Source of the DNA: an uncultured Lachnospiraceae bacterium
Lineage (GTDB): Bacteria > Bacillota > Clostridia > Lachnospirales > Lachnospiraceae
Length of the DNA: 64,000 nt
Direction: 5' to 3'
Assembly (NCBI GenBank): GCA_948436005.1
Contig: CAOJHI010000001.1
Location: 1,791 to 65,790, forward strand
Every line of letters begins with the position of its first letter. Within the stretch, counting starts at the first letter, position 1. The position numbers were made by a program, and so were the translations under genes. Shown here piece by piece: positions 57,424 through 64,000 of this stretch. A model generated the notes under the pieces. The model was not told the DNA's origin. It did not search any database and saw only the letters and a program-made list of their open reading frames with translations.

Positions 57424-58884
57424 CTATTGCGTCCGATAAGGAATCACGATGAATATTGTGGTATATTCGGGCGTGCTGTCTATGGAGAGACTGGCGGCCT
57501 GATCAAAATAATAATTCAGACGGTACAGCACACTTCGGATGCCGGTACCCTTCTGTCCGGGCTGAAACGGAGTTTGAAGGGAATCTCTGAGCATCTGCAA
57601 TTCTTCGTCGTCCATCCCATTTCCGTTATTTTCCACAGTAATCAGAAGTTTGTCTTCCTCATGAAGCCGGGCGTGAACTGAGATTCTTCCGTCCTGCAAA
57701 TAGGAGCCTACACCATGCACGAGAGCATTTTCCACAAGAGGCTGCAGAATGATGGCTGGTATGAGAGCGTTTTCACAGGCTTTCTCACAGGAAAATTCAA
57801 ACTGAATGCGGGAACCGAACCGCAGCTGCTGAATATCCGCATAATGGCGGATAAATAAAAATTCTTTTTCCAGCGTAATGGTTTTTCCATTGTAATCCAG
57901 GGACTCCCGGAGATACTGGGCAATTTGCAGCAGATATTTATGGACATTCGGAGCTTTTTCCATAATTGCAAAGCTGGAAAGCAGATTCAGGCAGTTAAAG
58001 AGAAAGTGAGGATTGACCAGGGACTGCATCAGAGAATTTTCAGTCTGGGCCAATGCCATCTGGACGGACATATTTTCGAGCTCCAGCTGATGTACCTTCT
58101 GGGATAGCTTCAGCTTATCCTTCAGTGCCGAGATCTGCTCCAGGATCGTATGTTCCATGTGAATAAACGCAGAGGTCAGAATATAGATTTCCGTATAATT
58201 TGCTTTGTGAAGCAGTGATTCCGTCTCATTATGAGAGGTGCCCTGTTCAAATGCTCTGGCATGTTCACTCAAAAGGGAGAGGGGTTCTACGATTTTCTGG
58301 ATGCTGTTCAGGGTACAGTGGATGATTATCAGAAAAAGGACGAATACCAGAAGCAGAATAAAAATATTGCAGATATTCCCATTCGTAAACAGTAAATCCA
58401 ACCGTGACGACAGCTCCGCCATCTCAAAGGGCAGAGTCGTGCCATATTGCTTAATCAGGAGATCATACAGATGGGAGCATTGCCGGTATACAGCAAAAAA
58501 GTTTCCCTCTACCTGTGTCCTGGTGTCCGTCAATTCCCGGATTTTTGAAAGCCAGGCAGCTTCTATCCTGCCGGTATCAGCAAACTGCGGGCTTTGAAAA
58601 AAGGTGTACATCTGGGCAGAAAGGTCCAAAAGGACTTGTTTGGATTCAACTAAAGAACTTAGCGTATTTTCCGAAGGGTTGTCGAAATACTCTGTGACCC
58701 TGTCCTGCAAAGCGGCAGCAGACCGCTCATAGGAGATATACCGGTTCTGCTGATTTACCGTGTCCTGCAGATTTCCAAACAGCAGATAAAAACAGAAAAG
58801 CTGGGTAATCTGGGATGCCAGGAAAATACCGGAAAGGATGAGCGCCAGCTTTAACAGAAGCTTGCGGATAGACTGATTTTTCAT
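57424..58884 (-). CDS. YesM/LytS-type sensor histidine kinase, cassette 3
   Basis: VNPHFLFNCLN, LQPLVENALVHG, NNGNG, GTGI. Confidence 0.9.
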   Translation of the reverse strand: MKNQSIRKLLLKLALILSGIFLASQITQLFCFYLLFGNLQDTVNQQNRYISYERSAAALQDRVTEYFDNPSENTLSSLVESKQVLLDLSAQMYTFFQSPQFADTGRIEAAWLSKIRELTDTRTQVEGNFFAVYRQCSHLYDLLIKQYGTTLPFEMAELSSRLDLLFTNGNICNIFILLLVFVLFLIIIHCTLNSIQKIVEPLSLLSEHARAFEQGTSHNETESLLHKANYTEIYILTSAFIHMEHTILEQISALKDKLKLSQKVHQLELENMSVQMALAQTENSLMQSLVNPHFLFNCLNLLSSFAIMEKAPNVHKYLLQIAQYLRESLDYNGKTITLEKEFLFIRHYADIQQLRFGSRIQFEFSCEKACENALIPAIILQPLVENALVHGVGSYLQDGRISVHARLHEEDKLLITVENNGNGMDDEELQMLRDSLQTPFQPGQKGTGIRSVLYRLNYYFDQAASLSIDSTPEYTTIFIVIPYRTQ

Positions 58885-60365
58885 AACTGGGATTCCTCCG
58901 TTTTTTTGCAGAGATTCTGTAGAAACTGGGTAAAGGAATACCCACTGTATTTTTTGAAAATCTCCAAAAAATATTTTTTGTTCTGGCAGCCGCAGTCGGC
59001 AGCTATTTTGCCGATATCACGTTCACCGGACAAAATCAGCTGTATGGCGTATTTTACGCGAACTTCCGCGAGATATTGGGGAAACGATCTGCCGGTTTCC
59101 TTTTTAAACAGGCTGCTGAAGTAAGTCGGCGTAAGGCCGAGCTGCGAAGCGATGTCCTCCTGCGTAATTTCCCGGGAAAAACCTTCTTCCATCAGCCGGA
59201 TTGCCCGCTCTGTCTTGCTGAGCTGCTTTGCCGAGGCGTCTGCATATATCGCACCCAGATAATTTTCAAGCAGAAGAAAGCGGGACTGGGACTGGAAAAT
59301 GGTCAGGACATGGCACAGGTCAGCAGAAGGGGAATACTGCTTCAATGCTTCCATAAAAAGGGCAGCCCATGCCCAGGATTCTTCAGAACTGTCAAACTTG
59401 CGTTTGAGGTATTGAGTAAGCTGTATGGTCTGCTTTTCCTCAAGCCGTTGGACAAATTTCTGGCGCAGCCGGAATCTGGTATCAGCAGGCCAGATTTGGG
59501 TGGGCTGCTGATTCCGGTTTAAAAACGTACCCGGAGCGTGTTCGGCGAGGAACAGTGTTTCGCTCACTGTCTGATACAGTTCTTTGTAAGTCATCACAAA
59601 TTCGCTCAGGATGAGGGAGCAGTCCGGGAATGTCTCATGCAGGGACTGCAAACAGGCATACAGAACTGTTTCCAGTTGAAGCGGCGCAAAGGTCTGTGCG
59701 GTTTTCAGGAAGGTAATAACGTAACCATGAATGGTCGCTGACATCAAAGAGAAGTATTTGCCCAGACAACCCATTGTCTGCTTCAGATAGTGATTGCTGA
59801 GCACAGGGGCCGGTTTCTGGCCTGGAAACCAGACCAGCAGGCTTACATTCAGGCTTCCGTCGCAGGCCCAGCCATATACGTCAGATAAAAGCTTTTGCGG
59901 AGCCCGGCTGTTTAAAATATCACGGATAAGATAGCTCTGCGCATAAGAAAACAGAGAGTCAAAGCAATCGTCCCGTTTTTGCTCCCGGCTTTCGCAAAGC
60001 TGGTTAAGACACTTGTCAATAGACTGCTTCAGCTCGTCAGGGTCCAGGGGCTTTAGCAGATAGCTGACCACACCGAGGGAGAGCGCTTCACGGATATATT
60101 TCGAGCGGTCATGGGCAGTGATAATGATGATTTTGCCAGAAAATAAATAGTTCCTTAGCGTATGGATCAGATTCAGGCCGGAGATACCCGGTATATTCAG
60201 ATCCACAAGGACAATATCCGGTTTATTCTGCTGGCAGCAGTTAAGCGCATCCAGGCCATTGTCTGTGGAAAAGATTTCGAATTGATCCGGATATAAAAAC
60301 TCAACAGAACACTGAAGCGCTTGCCGGGAAAAAAGTTCGTCTTCGACAATTAATAAGCGATACAA
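58881..60365 (-). CDS. YesN-type response regulator (REC + AraC), cassette 3
   Basis: GGAGG + TTG start; IVEDE, DLNIPG, YLLKP; YFSSLFKKETG. Confidence 0.9.
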   Translation of the reverse strand: MYRLLIVEDELFSRQALQCSVEFLYPDQFEIFSTDNGLDALNCCQQNKPDIVLVDLNIPGISGLNLIHTLRNYLFSGKIIIITAHDRSKYIREALSLGVVSYLLKPLDPDELKQSIDKCLNQLCESREQKRDDCFDSLFSYAQSYLIRDILNSRAPQKLLSDVYGWACDGSLNVSLLVWFPGQKPAPVLSNHYLKQTMGCLGKYFSLMSATIHGYVITFLKTAQTFAPLQLETVLYACLQSLHETFPDCSLILSEFVMTYKELYQTVSETLFLAEHAPGTFLNRNQQPTQIWPADTRFRLRQKFVQRLEEKQTIQLTQYLKRKFDSSEESWAWAALFMEALKQYSPSADLCHVLTIFQSQSRFLLLENYLGAIYADASAKQLSKTERAIRLMEEGFSREITQEDIASQLGLTPTYFSSLFKKETGRSFPQYLAEVRVKYAIQLILSGERDIGKIAADCGCQNKKYFLEIFKKYSGYSFTQFLQNLCKKTEESQL

Positions 60366-60392
60366 GTTAATGTTCCCTCCTTGTCTTAATCG

Positions 60393-61331
60393 TCAGTCAT
60401 TTGTGTACAGGAAATTATCAATCGTATAAGATGACCGGGAGATGTTCTCTCCGGCTAAAAACCTGCCTGCGCACTGGATTGCCAGGCTGCCCATCTGCTT
60501 ATTATCCTGGATCAGCAGCGCCTCAATCGCATGCTCCTCCAGAAGTTCAATCGTTTCTTCAGATTCCCCAAATCCGACAATCCGGAACTGATTAGAAGCA
60601 TTCAGGGAAAGAACCGTTTTTGCCGCAGTCAGTGTCTGGCCGGGGCCAATACAGATCAGAAACGCTGGTTCTTCCAGAGAAGAGAGATAGCTGCTCAGGT
60701 ATTCTCTCAGCTCAATTGAATCATTTGGTATTTTCACGAGACAGAGCTGCTCCTCGTGCCCCATATCTGCAAGGGCGGACCAAATGGTATCCTGACGGAT
60801 TTTCAGGTTGGAGGAATAATTGATTTCCCGGTTTAAAAGAAGGATTTTTTCGCCGCTTACCTGTGTGTGAATATATTCGGCTATTTTCTGGCTGCTGGAG
60901 ATGTTGTCAATGCCAATATATATGACCGGGACATCCTCATAGCCGGCATCCAGGGCAACCAGGCAAATTCCCTTGTCTGACGCCTCGGAGATCAGCTGTA
61001 CAGATTCCTGATCATGAATCGTAGAGGGGTCAAAAATAATCCCGTCCGTATCACTCAGAATTGCAATTTCCAGATAATCTGCTATGGATTCCATATTTCC
61101 CACCTGATATTCAGAGAGGTCAAAGCCCTCTGCTGCCGCTTCCTCCCGCAGCCCTTCCCATGTTTTTTTCCAGAATATATTTTGTTCATTATACAGGATG
61201 GCCGTGAGCCTTCCGGCAGTGGTAGTCTGTACCGGATGACTGCTTCTGTACTGGAAAACAAAAGCTCCGGTTAACAGAAATACAGCGAAGACAGACAACA
61301 GGATATTCAGATATTTTTGTTTTTTCTGCAT
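60393..61331 (-). CDS. membrane-anchored sugar-binding-type sensory protein, cassette 3
   Basis: AAGGAG RBS; N-terminal TM, FWK...EG, DGII, YIGIDN, IVGF. Confidence 0.8.
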   Translation of the reverse strand: MQKKQKYLNILLSVFAVFLLTGAFVFQYRSSHPVQTTTAGRLTAILYNEQNIFWKKTWEGLREEAAAEGFDLSEYQVGNMESIADYLEIAILSDTDGIIFDPSTIHDQESVQLISEASDKGICLVALDAGYEDVPVIYIGIDNISSSQKIAEYIHTQVSGEKILLLNREINYSSNLKIRQDTIWSALADMGHEEQLCLVKIPNDSIELREYLSSYLSSLEEPAFLICIGPGQTLTAAKTVLSLNASNQFRIVGFGESEETIELLEEHAIEALLIQDNKQMGSLAIQCAGRFLAGENISRSSYTIDNFLYTND

Positions 61332-61370
61332 GGAATGCTCCTTATCGGACGGCCGGGAACGGCTGCCCGT

Positions 61371-61465
61371 TTTTTTATGTGCAGGGGCGCATATGGAAGT
61401 TAGCCGTTTCACAGCATGCGCCCAGCACGGCGAGCAGGGGAAGATAAATCTTTCCTGCTCGATTG
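61371..61465 (-). other. structured repeated element, copy A (in the probable 5' leader of the cassette 3 sensor operon)
   Basis: similar to the reverse complement of 63187-63278, with two conserved stems. Confidence 0.6.
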
Positions 61466-61682
61466 ACGAGTGTACAAAACTACGCTCTTTGCCATTGCGA
61501 ATGGTTTAAGCTCTTTTAGAACTTCTGATCTGTTATATAGTATAAACCATAAACGTTTTTATCGGGGAGATATTCTGACCTGAAAATCTATGATTTTTCA
61601 AAAAGAAAATAAAAATGAAGAAATGACAGGGGCGAAGCAGAAACATCTTTGAAAATTCAAATAAAAACGGTCAGACGATAAA

Positions 61683-61711
61683 TTGACGAAGAAGATAAGA
61701 ATGGTTACACT
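61683..61711 (+). promoter_or_regulatory. sigma-A promoter of esterase 3
   Basis: TTGACG-N17-TACACT. Confidence 0.5.
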
Positions 61712-61779
61712 GTAAGCATCCGGGATGAATAGCAGCTGCATGATATCATAATTGATAAAATAGCAGGAGGAATTTGCAG

Positions 61780-63114
61780 ATGAAAAAAAGAGGACTGGTT
61801 TTGACGGCAGCATTTATGCTGGCAGGAGTATTATCAGGAGCGGCTTTGGCAGAAGAGAGCAGCGCGGGCGTAACCGTAAATGAAAACAGTGAATCTGCCA
61901 CAGGCTATACGGCAGAGTTTTGTTATGAGGACGAAAAAGCTACGAACGTAAAACTGGTGGGCGGTTTTCAGTTTTATGTAAGCGGAGATATTAATGTATA
62001 TTCTAAGGGAGTTACTCTGTGTGCAAATGATTCATTTACAAATCATTTAATTGAGTGGAATGAGTGGGAAGCAGGCAAAGATTTAAAGCATGTTGTGGAT
62101 ACAGGAAGCACTGTTGAAATGGAAAAAGATGAAAATGGCGCATGGACAGCTAAAGTAGATCTTCCGGGAGGAAGCTATCTGTATCAGTACCAGGTTTCCT
62201 ATGACGGCGGAGAAAACTTTGAGACAATTGCAGACCCGGCAAACCTGCCTTCGTGCAACGTAGAATTTGGTTCAAAACAGTCGAGAAGTAAATTCTTTGT
62301 TCCATACGATGAAAAGCAGGGGGATGAGGAATATTATGACTGGAGCTGGGTGACACCGATTGAGGATGAATCAAAACAGGGTGAAATCATTGCGGTTCAC
62401 TATGACGGACTGGACATGGAACAGGTTGCACAGATCTATCTTCCGGCAGGATATGAGGAAAGCAGAGAGGAGCCGTACAAGGTTCTGTACCTTTCTCATG
62501 GAGGCGGCGGAGATGAAGCAGACTGGTTCCATCAGGGAAATGCAGGGAATATTCTGGATCGGCTGATTGCGGATGAAGCGTGCGAGCCTTTTGTTGTTGT
62601 TTGTATGCTCAATGAGGTATACCGGGATAAATTCGAGGGTGCCAGTGAAAACGATGATTATTTCCTGTACTGCTACGACAATATCAAAAATTATCTGATT
62701 CCGTATGTGGAGGAACATTATAATGTGTCCACAGAGGTTTCCGGAAAAGCGTTTGCAGGCCTGTCAAATGGCGCGAAGCTTACGAATGAGATCTACATCA
62801 ATGATCCGGGTGCATTTTCTTATTTTGGTTTATTCAGCGGCTCTTCTGCATGGGCATGGCCTGAGCTGGAGGATTACTTCGCATATCAGGAGCCTGACAT
62901 ATACCTGGCAGCAGGCTGGGCAGATCAGCTGATGATGGGCGTAACCTATCATACGGATAAAGACAAAACCATGATGGGAATCAAAGAGGATTTAGAAAAG
63001 GCTGGAATTACCTACAATAAGGGCGGCAGCTATATCACAGTAGAGGGCTGTCACGACTGGTTCGTATGGGCCCAGGTATTCAGAGATTATGTGGCTACTA
63101 CGCTGTGGAAATAA
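61780..63114 (+). CDS. secreted CE1-like esterase with N-terminal Ig-like domain, cassette 3
   Basis: signal peptide; IYLPAGY, VLYLSHGGGG, GLSNGA, HDW, C-terminal LWK. Confidence 0.85.
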   Translation: MKKRGLVLTAAFMLAGVLSGAALAEESSAGVTVNENSESATGYTAEFCYEDEKATNVKLVGGFQFYVSGDINVYSKGVTLCANDSFTNHLIEWNEWEAGKDLKHVVDTGSTVEMEKDENGAWTAKVDLPGGSYLYQYQVSYDGGENFETIADPANLPSCNVEFGSKQSRSKFFVPYDEKQGDEEYYDWSWVTPIEDESKQGEIIAVHYDGLDMEQVAQIYLPAGYEESREEPYKVLYLSHGGGGDEADWFHQGNAGNILDRLIADEACEPFVVVCMLNEVYRDKFEGASENDDYFLYCYDNIKNYLIPYVEEHYNVSTEVSGKAFAGLSNGAKLTNEIYINDPGAFSYFGLFSGSSAWAWPELEDYFAYQEPDIYLAAGWADQLMMGVTYHTDKDKTMMGIKEDLEKAGITYNKGGSYITVEGCHDWFVWAQVFRDYVATTLWK

Positions 63115-63186
63115 AAAGAAGGCGCTAAGGCGCATTTGCCGCGCGGGCGATGTTGCTTACAGCTGATTTCTGTATCGCGAGCGGTG

Positions 63187-63278
63187 CAATCGAGTAGGGA
63201 AGATTTTCCTCTACTCGCGGCGCCGGGGCAGGCCGCGTATGCGGTGTATTCCTTTATATGCCCCGTGCGCATAAAAAA
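63187..63278 (+). other. structured repeated element, copy B (3' of esterase 3)
   Basis: CAATCGAGTAG...CTACTCGC...CATAAAAAA, matching copy A in inverted orientation. Confidence 0.6.
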
Positions 63279-63310
63279 TAACAGGAAGCATTAGCTTCCT
63301 GTTATTTTTT
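63273..63310. terminator. bidirectional rho-independent terminator
   Basis: AAAAAATAACAGGAAGC/GCTTCCTGTTATTTTTT. Confidence 0.75.
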
Positions 63311-63754
63311 TCCGGTAATTTTATCTTTTGTTCTTGCCCAGAAGCCTTTTTTCTTCTGAACTGTTTCCAGTGGTCCGCGAACCCCTCTTACCTCCATGAT
63401 ATAAATGCCGCTCACAACAGCCTTTACTTCTTTTTTTACGGGAATCAGATCAAATACAGCTGCATCGCTGACCAGTGTCATGATTCTCGGTCCGACCTTT
63501 GCCTTTACAATGGGAAGTTTGGACCTGCGCATAAGCTTTGGCGTCTGGTCAATGACCATCTGCGGCAGTCCTGATTCCTTTATGGGCAATCGTTTTTTAT
63601 CGATAATCAGCATGGAAACGGTTTGTTTGGCTGCTTCCATCTGCTCCTGCTGTGCGGCCTGCTTCTTTTGCATTTTCCGTCCCATAAAGTACAGGACAAC
63701 CAGTGCAATGACGAGTATCACTAATATGATAAGTAAAACGTTTAAAAAGGACAT
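63302..63754 (-). CDS. single-TM basic hypothetical protein
   Basis: AGGAGG RBS, N-terminal TM helix, Lys-rich domain. Confidence 0.7.
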   Translation of the reverse strand: MSFLNVLLIILVILVIALVVLYFMGRKMQKKQAAQQEQMEAAKQTVSMLIIDKKRLPIKESGLPQMVIDQTPKLMRRSKLPIVKAKVGPRIMTLVSDAAVFDLIPVKKEVKAVVSGIYIMEVRGVRGPLETVQKKKGFWARTKDKITGKK

Positions 63755-63947
63755 ATGTACCCCCTCCTGCTCAGATTTCGAGATACATTCTATCATCCTT
63801 TGGAAGAAATAGCAAGAATTATGGATATTTTCTTAAAATTATATTTTTTTGTGCCAAATAGGGATGGATATGCTATACTTTATACCCATGAAGGAAATTT
63901 GCGGTCAGATTTATGATTTACATTTATGATCAGAAAGGATAATGACT

Positions 63948-64000
63948 ATGAGAAGAAGAAATTATATGGCAGCGCTGGCATGTGCGCTTTCTATGACACT
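63948..64000 (+). CDS. start of an exported protein (truncated by window end)
   Basis: AAAGGA RBS; MRRRNYMAALACALSMT signal-peptide-like start. Confidence 0.5.
   Translation, partial: MRRRNYMAALACALSMT

Noticed and set aside
61371-63278. Intact group II intron or IS element
   Set aside because: No reverse transcriptase or transposase ORF and no complete domain V/VI; only short structured copies, reported as a finding.

Overview
Chromosomal window from a low-GC Gram-positive anaerobe. Gene content, a large Bacillus-type SRP RNA and sporulation-type promoters point to Clostridia, probably Lachnospiraceae (inference). The housekeeping backbone includes the glgP 3' end, a SpoIIQ-like M23 protein, trxB, an SH3-NlpC/P60 hydrolase, an XpaC/TelA pair, an aminotransferase, a polar amino-acid ABC transporter, a COG0523 GTPase pair, a REC/HD-GYP/GGDEF protein, two Fur/PerR-rubrerythrin modules, tRNA-Ser(CGA), tadA, SRP RNA, MarR with a heterodimeric ABC exporter, a class A PBP, deoC, yigZ and murI. 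The most striking accessory feature is three diverged copies of one four-gene cassette: a membrane-anchored sugar-binding-type sensor, a YesM/LytS-type kinase, a YesN-type REC-AraC regulator and a secreted CE1-like serine esterase. None has a cognate ABC transporter. Other notable items: two inverted copies of a ~95-nt structured element with compensatory base changes flanking the third esterase; a non-coding 32/34-bp tandem array with an exact 100-bp higher-order period; a frameshifted BrnT toxin; an Rpn nuclease with a candidate internal antitoxin start; two small ORFs missing from the ORF track; and an unexplained structured intergenic region upstream of a small GIY-YIG gene. No CRISPR array, rRNA, integrase or intact IS was seen. 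All calls are from manual motif reading; no database searches were run.
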